A DNA stretch of 64,000 bases from Macrostomum lignano (GCA_002269645.1 NIVC01000716.1:145426-209425); one strand, 5' to 3'. Counted from the stretch's first letter, positions 24,701 to 37,138 are shown. The notes: a model not told the origin generated them from the sequence alone. A program made the numbers and translations.

Positions 24701-27700
24701 AGCCAAATCTAAGTGAGAAATCCCACATTGAGTCAATCTAGCAGTAGCCAAATCTAAGTGAGAAATCCCACATTGAGTCGATCTAGCAGTAGCCAAATCT
24801 AAGTGAGAAATCCCACATTGAGTCAATCTAGCAGTAGCCAAATCTAAGTGAGAAATCCCACATTGAGTCGGTCAGCAGTAGCCAAATCCCAGTGAGAAAT
24901 CCCACATTGAGTCGATCTAGCAGTTGCCAAATCTCAGTGAGTCAATCTAGCAGTAGCCAAATCTAAGTGAGAAATCCCACATTGAGTCAATCTAGCAGTA
25001 GCCAAATCTAAGTGAGAAATCCCACATTGAGTCGGTCAGCAGTAGCCAAATCAGTGAGAAATCCCACATTGAGTCGGTCAGCAGTAGCCAAATCTAGTGA
25101 GAAATCCCACATTGAGTCAATCTAGCAGTAGCCAAATCTAGTGAGAAATCCCACATTGAGTCAATCTAGCAGTAGCCAAATCCAGTGAGAAATCCCACAT
25201 TGAGTCAATCTAGCAGTAGCCAAATCTAAGTGAGAAATCCCACATTGAGTCGATCTAGCAGTAGCCAAATCTAAGTGAGAAATCCCACATTGAGTCATCT
25301 AGCAGTAGCCAAATCTAGTGAGAAATCCCACATTGAGTCAATCAGCAGTAGCCAAATCTAGTGAGAAATCCCACATTGAGTCGGTCAGCAGTAGCCAAAT
25401 CCCAGTGAGTCAATCTAGCAGTAGCCAAATCTAAGTGAGAAATCCCACATTGAGTCAATCTAGCAGTAGCCAAATCTAAGTGAGAAATCCCACATTGAGT
25501 CGTCAGCAGTAGCCAAATCTCAGTGAGTCAATCTAGCAGTAGCCAAATCTAAGTGAGAAATCCCACATTGAGTCAATCTAGCAGTAGCCAAATCTAAGTG
25601 AGAAATCCCACATTGAGTCGATCTAGCAGTAGCCAAATCTAAGTGAGAAATCCCACATTGAGTCGTCTAGCAGTAGCCAAATCTAAGTGAGAAATCCCAC
25701 ATTGAGTCAATCTAGCAGTAGCCAAATCTAAGTGAGAAATCCCACATTGAGTCGATCTAGCAGTAGCCAAATCTAAGTGAGAAATCCCACATTGAGTCAA
25801 TCTAGCAGTAGCCAAATCTAAGTGAGAAATCCCACATTGAGTCGATCTAGCAGTAGCCAAATCTAAGTGAGAAATCCCACATTGAGTCAATCTAGCAGTA
25901 GCCAAATCTAAGTGAGAAATCCCACATTGAGTCGTCAGCAGTAGCCAAATCTAAGTGAGAAATCCCACATTGAGTCAATCTAGCAGTAGCCAAATCTAAG
26001 TGAGAAATCCCACATTGAGTCATCAGCAGTAGCCAAATCTAAGTGAGAAATCCCACATTGAGTCGTCAGCAGTAGCCAAATCTAGTGAGAAATCCCACAT
26101 TGAGTCAATCTAGCAGTAGCCAAATCTAAGTGAGAAATCCCACATTGAGTCGATCTAGCAGTAGCCAAATCTAAGTGAGAAATCCCACATTGAGTCAATC
26201 TAGCAGTAGCCAAATCTAAGTGAGAAATCCCACATTGAGTCGGTCAGCAGTAGCCAAATCTAAGTGAGAAATCCCACATTGAGTCGATCTAGCAGTAGCC
26301 AAATCTAAGTGAGAAATCCCACATTGAGTCAGTCAGCAGTAGCCAAATCTAAGTGAGAAATCCCACATTGAGTCGGTCAGCAGTTGCCAAATCTCAGTGA
26401 GAAATCCCACATTGAGTCAATCTAGCAGTAGCCAAATCTAAGTGAGAAATCCCACATTGAGTCGATCTAGCAGTAGCCAAATCTAAGTGAGAAATCCCAC
26501 ATTGAGTCAATCTAGCAGTAGCCAAATCTCAGTGAGAAATCCCACATTGAGTCGGTCAGCAGTTGCCAAATCCCAGTGAGAAATCCCACATTGAGTCGGT
26601 CAGCAGTTGCCAAATCTCAGTGAGTCAATCTAGCAGTAGCCAAATCTAAGTGAGAAATCCCACATTGAGTCAATCTAGCAGTAGCCAAATCTAAGTGAGA
26701 AATCCCACATTGAGTCGGTCAGCAGTTGCCAAATCCCAGTGAGAAATCCCACATTGAGTCGGTCAGCAGTTGCCAAATCCAGTGAGTCAATCTAGCAGTA
26801 GCCAAATCTAGTGAGAAATCCCACATTGAGTCGTCAGCAGTAGCCAAATCTAGTGAGAAATCCCACATTGAGTCGGTCAGCAGTTGCCAAATCCCAGTGA
26901 GAAATCCCACATTGAGTCGGTCAGCAGTTGCCAAATCCCAGTGAGTCAATCTAGCAGTAGCCAAATCCCAGTGAGAAATCCCACATTGAGTCGGTCAGCA
27001 GTAGCCAAATCTAAGTGAGAAATCCCACATTGAGTCGGTCAGCAGTTGCCAAATCTCAGTGAATCAATCTAGCAGTAGCCAAATCTAGTGAGAAATCCCA
27101 CATTGAGTCAATCTAGCAGTAGCCAAATCTAAGTGAGAAATCCCACATTGAGTCGATCTAGCAGTAGCCAAATCTAAGTGAGAAATCCCACATTGAGTCG
27201 ATCTAGCAGTAGCCAAATCTAAGTGAGAAATCCCACATTGAGTCAATCTAGCAGTAGCCAAATCTAAGTGAGAAATCCCACATTGAGTCGATCTAGCAGT
27301 AGCCAAATCTAAGTGAGAAATCCCACATTGAGTCAATCTAGCAGTAGCCAAATCTAAGTGAGAAATCCCACATTGAGTCGTCAGCAGTAGCCAAATCTAA
27401 GTGAGAAATCCCACATTGAGTCAATCTAGCAGTAGCCAAATCTAAGTGAGAAATCCCACATTGAGTCAGTCTAGCAGTAGCCAAATCTAAGTGAGAAATC
27501 CCACATTGAGTCGGTCAGCAGTAGCCAAATCTAAGTGAGAAATCCCACATTGAGTCAATCTAGCAGTAGCCAAATCTAAGTGAGAAATCCCACATTGAGT
27601 CGATCTAGCAGTAGCCAAATCTAAGTGAGAAATCCCACATTGAGTCAATCTAGCAGTAGCCAAATCTAGTGAGAAATCCCACATTGAGTCGTCAGCAGTT

Positions 27701-30700
27701 GCCAAATCCCAGTGAGTCAATCTAGCAGTAGCCAAATCTAAGTGAGAAATCCCACATTGAGTCAGTCAGCAGTAGCCAAATCTAAGTGAGTCAATCTAGC
27801 AGTAGCCAAATCTAGTGAGAAATCCCACATTGAGTCAATCTAGCAGTAGCCAAATCTAAGTGAGAAATCCCACATTGAGTCAATCTAGCAGTAGCCAAAT
27901 CTAAGTGAGAAATCCCACATTGAGTCAATCTAGCAGTAGCCAAATCTAAGTGAGAAATCCCACATTGAGTCGATCTAGCAGTAGCCAAATCTAAGTGAGA
28001 AATCCCACATTGAGTCAATCTAGCAGTAGCCAAATCTAAGTGAGAAATCCCACATTGAGTCAATCTAGCAGTAGCCAAATCTAAGTGAGAAATCCCACAT
28101 TGAGTCAATCTAGCAGTAGCCAAATCTAAGTGAGAAATCCCACATTGAGTCAATCTAGCAGTAGCCAAATCTAAGTGAGAAATCCCACATTGAGTCAATC
28201 TAGCAGTAGCCAAATCTAAGTGAGAAATCCCACATTGAGTCGATCTAGCAGTAGCCAAATCTAAGTGAGAAATCCCACATTGAGTCGGTCAGCAGTAGCC
28301 AAATCCCAGTGAGAAATCCCACATTGAGTCGGTCAGCAGTTGCCAAATCCCAGTGAGTCAATCTAGCAGTAGCCAAATCTAAGTGAGAAATCCCACATTG
28401 AGTCGGTCAGCAGTAGCCAAATCTAGTGAGAAATCCCACATTGAGTCGGTCAGCAGTTGCCAAATCCCAGTGAGTCAATCTAGCAGTAGCCAAATCTAGT
28501 GAGAAATCCCACATTGAGTCAGTCAGCAGTAGCCAAATCTAAGTGAGAAATCCCACATTGAGTCGGTCAGCAGTTGCCAAATCTCAGTGAGTCAATCTAG
28601 CAGTAGCCAAATCTAAGTGAGAAATCCCACATTGAGTCGATCTAGCAGTAGCCAAATCTAAGTGAGAAATCCCACATTGAGTCGATCTAGCAGTAGCCAA
28701 ATCTAAGTGAGAAATCCCACATTGAGTCAATCTAGCAGTAGCCAAATCTAAGTGAGAAATCCCACATTGAGTCGATCTAGCAGTAGCCAAATCTAAGTGA
28801 GAAATCCCACATTGAGTCAATCTAGCAGTAGCCAAATCTAAGTGAGAAATCCCACATTGAGTCGGTCAGCAGTTGCCAAATCTAAGTGAGAAATCCCACA
28901 TTGAGTCAATCTAGCAGTAGCCAAATCTCAGTGAGAAATCCCACATTGAGTCAGTCAGCAGTAGCCAAATCTAAGTGAGAAATCCCACATTGAGTCGGTC
29001 AGCAGTAGCCAAATCTCAGTGAGAAATCCCACATTGAGTCAATCTAGCAGTAGCCAAATCTAAGTGAGAAATCCCACATTGAGTCGATCTAGCAGTAGCC
29101 AAATCTAAGTGAGAAATCCCACATTGAGTCAATCTAGCAGTAGCCAAATCTAAGTGAGAAATCCCACATTGAGTCGGTCAGCAGTTGCCAAATCCCAGTG
29201 AGTCAATCTAGCAGTAGCCAAATCTAAGTGAGAAATCCCACATTGAGTCAGTCAGCAGTAGCCAAATCTAAGTGAGTCAATCTAGCAGTAGCCAAATCTA
29301 AGTGAGAAATCCCACATTGAGTCAATCTAGCAGTAGCCAAATCTAAGTGAGAAATCCCACATTGAGTCAATCTAGCAGTAGCCAAATCTAAGTGAGAAAT
29401 CCCACATTGAGTCGATCTAGCAGTAGCCAAATCTAAGTGAGAAATCCCACATTGAGTCGATCTAGCAGTAGCCAAATCTAAGTGAGAAATCCCACATTGA
29501 GTCAATCTAGCAGTAGCCAAATCTAAGTGAGAAATCCCACATTGAGTCAATCTAGCAGTAGCCAAATCTAAGTGAGAAATCCCACATTGAGTCAATCTAG
29601 CAGTAGCCAAATCTAAGTGAGAAATCCCACATTGAGTCAATCTAGCAGTAGCCAAATCTAAGTGAGAAATCCCACATTGAGTCAATCTAGCAGTAGCCAA
29701 ATCTAAGTGAGAAATCCCACATTGAGTCGATCTAGCAGTAGCCAAATCTAAGTGAGAAATCCCACATTGAGTCAATCTAGCAGTAGCCAAATCTAAGTGA
29801 GAAATCCCACATTGAGTCGGTCAGCAGTAGCCAAATCTAGTGAGAAATCCCACATTGAGTCAATCTAGCAGTAGCCAAATCTCAGTGAGAAATCCCACAT
29901 TGAGTCAGTCAGCAGTAGCCAAATCTAAGTGAGAAATCCCACATTGAGTCGGTCAGCAGTTGCCAAATCTCAGTGAGAAATCCCACATTGAGTCAATCTA
30001 GCAGTAGCCAAATCTAAGTGAGAAATCCCACATTGAGTCGATCTAGCAGTAGCCAAATCTAAGTGAGAAATCCCACATTGAGTCAATCTAGCAGTAGCCA
30101 AATCTCAGTGAGAAATCCCACATTGAGTCGGTCAGCAGTTGCCAAATCCCAGTGAGTCAATCTAGCAGTAGCCAAATCTAAGTGAGAAATCCCACATTGA
30201 GTCAGTCAGCAGTAGCCAAATCTAAGTGAGTCAATCTAGCAGTAGCCAAATCCCAGTGAGAAATCCCACATTGAGTCAATCTAGCAGTAGCCAAATCTAA
30301 GTGAGAAATCCCACATTGAGTCGATCTAGCAGTAGCCAAATCTAAGTGAGAAATCCCACATTGAGTCAATCTAGCAGTAGCCAAATCTAAGTGAGAAATC
30401 CCACATTGAGTCGGTCAGCAGTAGCCAAATCTAAGTGAGAAATCCCACATTGAGTCGGTCAGCAGTTGCCAAATCCCAGTGAGAAATCCCACATTGAGTC
30501 GGTCAGCAGTAGCCAAATCTCAGTGAGAAATCCCACATTGAGTCGGTCAGCAGTTGCCAAATCCCAGTGAGAAATCCCACATTGAGTCAATCTAGCAGTA
30601 GCCAAATCTAAGTGAGAAATCCCACATTGAGTCGGTCAGCAGTAGCCAAATCCCAGTGAGAAATCCCACATTGAGTCGATCTAGCAGTTGCCAAATCTCA

Positions 30701-33578
30701 GTGAGTCAATCTAGCAGTAGCCAAATCTCAGTGAGAAATCCCACATTGAGTCAATCTAGCAGTAGCCAAATCTAAGTGAGAAATCCCACATTGAGTCGAT
30801 CTAGCAGTAGCCAAATCTAAGTGAGAAATCCCACATTGAGTCGATCTAGCAGTAGCCAAATCTAAGTGAGAAATCCCACATTGAGTCGATCTAGCAGTAG
30901 CCAAATCTAAGTGAGAAATCCCACATTGAGTCAATCTAGCAGTAGCCAAATCTAAGTGAGAAATCCCACATTGAGTCGATCTAGCAGTAGCCAAATCTAA
31001 GTGAGAAATCCCACATTGAGTCGATCTAGCAGTAGCCAAATCTAAGTGAGAAATCCCACATTGAGTCAATCTAGCAGTAGCCAAATCTAAGTGAGAAATC
31101 CCACATTGAGTCGGTCAGCAGTAGCCAAATCTAAGTGAGAAATCCCACATTGAGTCAATCTAGCAGTAGCCAAATCTAAGTGAGAAATCCCACATTGAGT
31201 CGGTCAGCAGTAGCCAAATCCCAGTGAGAAATCCCACATTGAGTCGGTCAGCAGTTGCCAAATCTCAGTGAGAAATCCAACATTGAGTCAATCTAGCAGT
31301 AGCCAAATCTCAGTGAGAAATCCCACATTGAGTCAATCTAGCAGTAGCCAAATCCCAGTGAGAAATCCCACATTGAGTCAATCTAGCAGTAGCCAAATCT
31401 AAGTGAGAAATCCCACATTGAGTCGATCTAGCAGTAGCCAAATCTAAGTGAGAAATCCCACATTGAGTCGGTCAGCAGTAGCCAAATCTAGTGAGAAATC
31501 CCACATTGAGTCAATCTAGCAGTAGCCAAATCTAAGTGAGAAATCCCACATTGAGTCAATCTAGCAGTAGCCAAATCTAAGTGAGAAATCCCACATTGAG
31601 TCGGTCAGCAGTAGCCAAATCCCAGTGAGAAATCCCACATTGAGTCGGTCAGCAGTAGCCAAATCTCAGTGAGAAATCCCACATTGAGTCAATCTAGCAG
31701 TAGCCAAATCTCAGTGAGAAATCCCACATTGAGTCAATCTAGCAGTAGCCAAATCTAAGTGAGAAATCCCACATTGAGTCAATCTAGCAGTAGCCAAATC
31801 TCAGTGAGAAATCCCACATTGAGTCGGTCAGCAGTAGCCAAATCCCAGTGAGTCAATCTAGCAGTAGCCAAATCTAAGTGAGAAATCCCACATTGAGTCA
31901 ATCTAGCAGTAGCCAAATCTAAGTGAGAAATCCCACATTGAGTCGGTCAGCAGTAGCCAAATCTCAGTGAGTCAAATCCCACATTGAGTCAATCTAGCAG
32001 TAGCCAAATCTAAGTGAGAAATCCCACATTGAGTCGATCTAGCAGTAGCCAAATCTAAGTGAGAAATCCCACATTGAGTCGATCTAGCAGTAGCCAAATC
32101 TAAGTGAGAAATCCCACATTGAGTCAATCTAGCAGTAGCCAAATCTAAGTGAGAAATCCCACATTGAGTCGATCTAGCAGTAGCCAAATCTAAGTGAGAA
32201 ATCCCACATTGAGTCAATCTAGCAGTAGCCAAATCTAAGTGAGAAATCCCACATTGAGTCGGTCAGCAGTTGCCAAATCTAAGTGAGAAATCCCACATTG
32301 AGTGCAGTCCAAATCTAGAGAAATCCCACATTGAGTCAGCAGCAAATCTAAGTGAGAAATCCCACATTGAGTCGGTCAGCAGTTGCCAAATCTCAGTGAG
32401 AAATCCCACATTGAGTCAATCTAGCAGTAGCCAAATCTAGTGAGTGAGTCAGTCATAGCCAAATCTAGCAGTAGCCAAATCTCAGTGAGAAATCCCACAT
32501 TGAGTCAATCTAGCAGTAGCCAAATCTAAGTGAGAAATCCCACATTGAGTCGATCTAGCAGTAGCCAAATCTAAGTGAGAAATCCCACATTGAGTCAATC
32601 TAGCAGTAGCCAAATCTAAGTGAGAAATCCCACATTGAGTCGGTCCAGCAGTAGCCAAATCTAAGTGAGAAATCCCACATTGAGTCGGTAGCCAAATCTA
32701 AGTGAGAAATCACATTGAGTCAGCCAAATCTAAGTGAGAAATCCCACATTGAGTCGAGAAATCCCCACATTGAGTCGGTCAGCAGTAGCCAAATCTCAGT
32801 GAGAAATCCCACATTGAGTCGGTCAGCAGTTGCCAAATCCCAGTGAGAAATCCCACATTGAGTCGGTCAGCAGTTGCCAAATCTCAGTGAGTCAATCTAG
32901 CAGTAGCCAAATCTAAGTGAGAAATCCCACATTGAGTCAATCTAGCAGTAGCCAAATCTAAGTGAGAAATCCCACATTGAGTCGGTCAGCAGTTGCCAAA
33001 TCCCAGTGAGAAATCCCACATTGAGTCGGTCAGCAGTTGCCAAATCCCAGTGAGTCAATCTAGCAGTAGCCAAATCCCAGTGAGAAATCCCACATTGAGT
33101 CGGTCAGCAGTTGCCAAATCCCAGTGAGAAATCCCACATTGAGTCGGTCAGCAGTTGCCAAATCCCAGTGAGTCAATCTAGCAGTAGCCAAATCTAAGTG
33201 AGAAATCCCACATTGAGTCGGTCAGCAGTTGCCAAATCCCAGTGAGAAATCCCACATTGAGTCGGTCAGCAGTTGCCAAATCCCAGTGAGTCAATCTAGC
33301 AGTAGCCAAATCCCAGTGAGAAATCCCACATTGAGTCGGTCAGCAGTAGCCAAATCTAAGTGAGAAATCCCACATTGAGTCGGTCAGCAGTTGCCAAATC
33401 CCAGTGAGAAATCCCACATTGACTTCCTTGCCACCAGTTTAGAGCCTCTTAAGAGCTAATTTGCACGCAAGACTTCGCATTGAGTTCTGAGTAACTGACC
33501 CACATGCAGTTGGTCCGCAAGCGCATCGCCAATCGAAGGCATTTGCTTCACGCACCGCGTAAAAGTCGCTGGCGCTGA
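9768..33578 (+). CDS. Candidate multi-exon gene of unknown function (exon-like islands 9768-9835, ~10607-10718, 11616-11690, ~11910-12021, 15171-15259, terminal 33510-33578); model incomplete
   Basis: Open frames bounded by acceptors/donors between arrays (GISAYLAATSVTAGMEVEAHLQQ; ICERARTKIRPKQSASVLPDANSLK; LDQLGLTEAHTKYALFILGNLCRATAFLTIAAAQLSP; QHQNIEALFVNICRFWSPERTNPYEKFLL; LVRKRIANRRHLLHAPRKSRWR*); some phases could not be reconciled; no family recognised. Confidence 0.3.
9923..10592. mobile_element. Non-autonomous DNA transposon (MITE, hAT-like) with internal G-run tandem repeat
   Basis: 14-bp perfect TIR CAGGGGCGTAGCCA...TGGCTACGCCCCTG; 8-bp TSD CCGGCTGA at 9915-9922 and 10593-10600; internal (GnCGCCAGTTTCTTWTA)n; no ORF. 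Confidence 0.9.
10676..11573. repeat. 33-bp minisatellite (GAGTCACTGTCACAAGCTTAAAACTGAACATGT)n
   Basis: Direct tandem units; each contains CAT|GTGAGT (donor consensus). Confidence 0.96.
12110..14070. repeat. 17-bp minisatellite (TGTTTCTGTACTCCATG)n with interspersed variants (GCACTCCA, GTACTAAA), degenerating at the 3' end
   Basis: Direct. Confidence 0.97.
14385..14752. repeat. 15-bp minisatellite (AGCCAAGACTGCAGT)n
   Basis: Direct. Confidence 0.95.
15260..33422. repeat. ~18.2-kb satellite array, 45-bp unit AGCAGTAGCCAAATCTAAGTGAGAAATCCCACATTGAGTCAATCT with 44-bp (GGTC) and 30-bp deletion variants; roughly 400 units
   Basis: Direct tandem repeat throughout; sharp boundaries. Confidence 0.98.
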
Positions 33579-34198
33579 GATCGAAGATCGCCAGCCGCAG
33601 TCAGGTGACAAGCAGTAGGAAAGTGCGAAGTATAGGCCAGAGCAATAATTTGTTACTAAAGTAGAGAAAGCCCATCTTCCACCAGATTTGCGCTACTCGC
33701 TACTAACAGTAAAGTAAAAAGAGAGTAGATGAAGCAGGCTTCTTATGTTGTTAATGCGAGATGTCAAACAAATGTTCGAAATTTCTGTAAAGCCGACCAA
33801 TTGAAAACGAAACGCGAGTGTATTTGGATAGCGGAGACTTCGGCGGAAACAGAGCCACAGAGCCACTGAACTCTGAACTACAGTCGCATGTTGAAAGCGA
33901 CAGGCAGATAAATTAAATGGTTTAAATGTTTATTAATGAAGCTTAAATGTTTTATTTAGTTAGCATGGGGTTATCCTTATATCTTCATTTTTCTATCAGT
34001 GTCTTTCAAGTGCTTGACAATGACCGCTGCTGTGTTAAACTGAAGGAGTGCTTGCTAACATATCTGGGATTATTGTGCCGGTTGGCCTGATAAAAAAGTC
34101 TGTAAATAAGTTTTTTATGAAAAGTTTAAAAAGGCACCATTAAAAATAAATCAGCCAGTGAAAAAATTGTTTGCAGTCATCTCACAGCTTGACTCGAA

Positions 34199-34993
34199 TC
34201 ACGGATATCCGGGTGGCCGATTAGGCTGGTGAGCGCCAGGGGCACCGCCGTATGGTGCTCCGGCCCCAGGATTTCCGTATGGAGCACCGCTTGCGGGATT
34301 TCCGTAAGGATTTCCGCCAGGGGGATTCCCGTACGGAGCTCTGCCTGGGGGATTCCCGTACGGAGCTCCACCTTGGGGATTCCCGTAGGGAGCTCCGCCT
34401 TGGGGATTCCCGTATGGAGCTCCGCCTTGGGGATTCCCATAAGGGGGATTTCCGTATGGAGCACCACCTGGGGAATTCCCATATGGAGCTCCGCCTCCGG
34501 GATTCCCGAATGGAGCTCCGCCTCCGGGATTCCCAAATGGAGCTCCGCCTCCAGGATTCCCAAATGGAGCTCCGCCTCCGGGATTCCCGTATGGATTTCC
34601 GCCAGGATTGCCATATGGAGGGTAACCCCCGGGTGGACCACCATAGGGTGCACCGCCACTCGGGTGGTAGCCAGAGTAGGGCGAGCCCCCTGCATGTGGA
34701 GGGCCGAATGGGCCGCCAGGTGGAGCACCGCCGCCAGGTGGGTAGGCACTCCCAGGGTAGCCGTAGCCTGCGTTGTGGCCTGCCTTAGCCTTGCCATGCG
34801 GCGCAGAGCCACCATGTGGCATTGATCCACCGTGCTTCTGTGCCTTCTTCATCTCTTTCTCTTGTTTCTTCTGCAGCTTCTTGGCCTGCTTGACGGGATC
34901 GTTAGAATAGGAGTCATTGCTGCTGCTGCTGCTGCTGCTGCGCTTGTGCTCTTTGTGCTTCTTCTCCTTCTTGTCCTTCTTGTCCTTGGGCAT
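34199..34993 (-). CDS. Low-complexity protein (264 aa): Lys/Ser-rich N-terminus followed by GGAP(Y/F)GNP Gly/Pro/Tyr repeats
   Basis: Open 264-aa ORF whose repeats vary at synonymous positions and keep frame; acceptor tttttatttttag at 35004-35005 ten nt before ATG; candidate upstream donor GTAAGT at 36117; AATAAA signals (plus-strand TTTATT ~33929, ~33951) downstream. Confidence 0.72.
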   Translation of the reverse strand: MPKDKKDKKEKKHKEHKRSSSSSSSNDSYSNDPVKQAKKLQKKQEKEMKKAQKHGGSMPHGGSAPHGKAKAGHNAGYGYPGSAYPPGGGAPPGGPFGPPHAGGSPYSGYHPSGGAPYGGPPGGYPPYGNPGGNPYGNPGGGAPFGNPGGGAPFGNPGGGAPFGNPGGGAPYGNSPGGAPYGNPPYGNPQGGAPYGNPQGGAPYGNPQGGAPYGNPPGRAPYGNPPGGNPYGNPASGAPYGNPGAGAPYGGAPGAHQPNRPPGYP

Positions 34994-35524
34994 ACTGGGT
35001 GCGCTAAAAATAAAAATGGAAATTGAGCAGTCAACTAATTGCCATCAAGATTAATATTCACATTTAATCTAACATTAAGTGCAATCAATTAGGACAATTT
35101 CACACTTCAGATTTAATACTTTTTATAGTCTTCAAAAGGATTAAAGTTAAAAAAATTGAAGAAATATTAGAGCTTTGTGGCTTAAAATTAAAAGTAAAGA
35201 AGATTTTTATAGGTAATGTTAAAACTATATAGGCTTTTATACTAAGATAATAATTCAGAAATTTTTTGTAAAAGAATTGCTTGCTAAAAGTGCCTTAAAA
35301 TTAAAACTTGTTTAATCTAAAAATAAATTCCCATTTCAATATGAATGAATCAAATTAGTGAATTAGACCTCATAGAGTGAGTAAAAATGCCAATACAAAC
35401 ATTAATGCTTCAATAGCCAGTACATTTTGTCAAAACTAGCATTTTCAAGGCTTACTTCTCCACTAGCTAACAATCCTTGTATTTAAATCAAAAAAATATA
35501 TATAATGAATGTTAGAGACAAGTT

Positions 35525-35888
35525 GGGGGGGGGGCGTAGCTCAGCGGTAGCGCAGCTGCTCTGGTGTGCCAGCGACCCAGGCTTGATTCCAAGTGCAGTC
35601 ACATTAATTTGGGGCTGAATTGGAATCTCAGCTTAGCTCTGCTTGTGCAATTAATGGCCTTGAGAGCCAACCCCCCAAGGTGCAGTGAAGTGTACATGCC
35701 TAACGATAATATAAAGTTAGGGCCGCTGTACACTCCTGTGTGAGTGTGTGCCTGCGTACATATCTGCACGCTTGTATGCCTGCTCAGGGGAGTTGGCGGA
35801 ATGGGCAGTAATGCCTCTCGCCGGTTGTGTGCCTATGTCGCTTAAAGTGCACCAGGGTGCACACAACCCCCTTGCCTCTAAAAAAAAA
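35525..35888 (+). mobile_element. tRNA-derived SINE (~364 bp) with A-tail
   Basis: 5' GGGGCGTAGCTCAGCGGTAG (A box) and GGCTTGATTCC (degenerate B box); A-rich tail ending 35888; 12-bp TSD TAGAGACAAGTT at 35513-35524 and 35889-35900. Confidence 0.88.
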
Positions 35889-37138
35889 TAGAGACAAGTT
35901 GGTTTTAGTCAAGTCTAGATGCATAATAAAATATATTAGGATAAAAGAACACTGGCTGCAATCAGTGGCACAACTAGGGGGAAGCTGACCAAGCAAATTT
36001 TTGCCAAAAACAGAGCCACCCCTTGGGTCTTTACCTTTTAGAATCTGCCTCCCTTTCAACAAATGTCTGGTTGTACTACTAGTGACAAAACTCTGCTATC
36101 AATGAACAGTCACTTACTTGGATGCAAAGCCTGTTATGAGGTGGAGCCAATGAAATTGTTTAAAGTTTAGATGGGTACAAGGTTTATCAAAAGCTCAAGA
36201 TTCTTGAAGCTATATATTAATTTACGAAAACCATGGTTCAATATGCAACACAAGCAGCTTTCCTCTAGCTAGCAAAGGAAAAAGCATGAGTTTAAAGTAC
36301 TTTGAGCAATGTTTTCCCATTTTGTGTGTCAGTTTAAAACTTTATTGCATATTGCATCTGGACTTGACTGAAACCAACTTGCCTTTAAAATGTATTGTAT
36401 ATATTTTCTATTTTTATATAAATTAAGGATTGTTTGCTAGTTGAGAAATAAGCCCTGAAGATATCAGTTTTGATAAAATGTGTTGGCTATTAAAACATTT
36501 AATATTTCAATAGACCTTATAGCTTTATCATTAGACTTGAGGAAGCCCTAGGCCTACTGCTTGTTGCTATCATTATCAATATATATATATATATATATAT
36601 AATAGTTAGGATTAAAAACTTCAATTTTAATATAACTTATTACAGTGAAACTTTTAAAAATAATTATATTAATTTTTTCATTAAATAAATAATAGATATC
36701 CACATATTTTAAATTAAAAATTGCCATAGTCCATTAATGAAATATTCATCCATTATCAATTTTCTTTAATTTTTTACTCACAATCCTGTGGAGTAGACAT
36801 TGGCCCGCCAATGCACTAGGCCTACTTTTTTCTTGATATTAAAAAGGTCTAGCTGGCTGCTAGAAACTATCTGGGTAAAGCTATCATGGGAGGGAAACCG
36901 AAAGCTTGTTCTGACAAAGTCAGGGACGAAGTCACGAAGTGAAACGTGTGAAAGAAGGTTAGCCTAATATATTCATAACAGCCCGCATGATAAATTGTGA
37001 GTCCTACACAAACTAGAGCGAAATTTTGACACACCATGTATTCGATATGATCAGGGCCGTTGATTCAGAAAAAAAGAGCGTTTTACAACAGTATTTTAAC
37101 TTGATGCTCTGTCATGTATTATAAAAATTTGCTGCTGT

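Noticed and set aside
20690-26100. Many 1-nt deletion variants in the array centre
   Set aside because: Scattered single-base losses are typical of low-coverage long-read consensus error and cannot be taken as biology without reads
15260-33422. CRISPR-like regular repeat array
   Set aside because: Units are head-to-tail with no unique spacers, there are no cas genes, and the context is eukaryotic
35525-35602. Functional tRNA gene
   Set aside because: B box is degenerate, acceptor stem does not close, and the TSD plus A-tail show it is a SINE head
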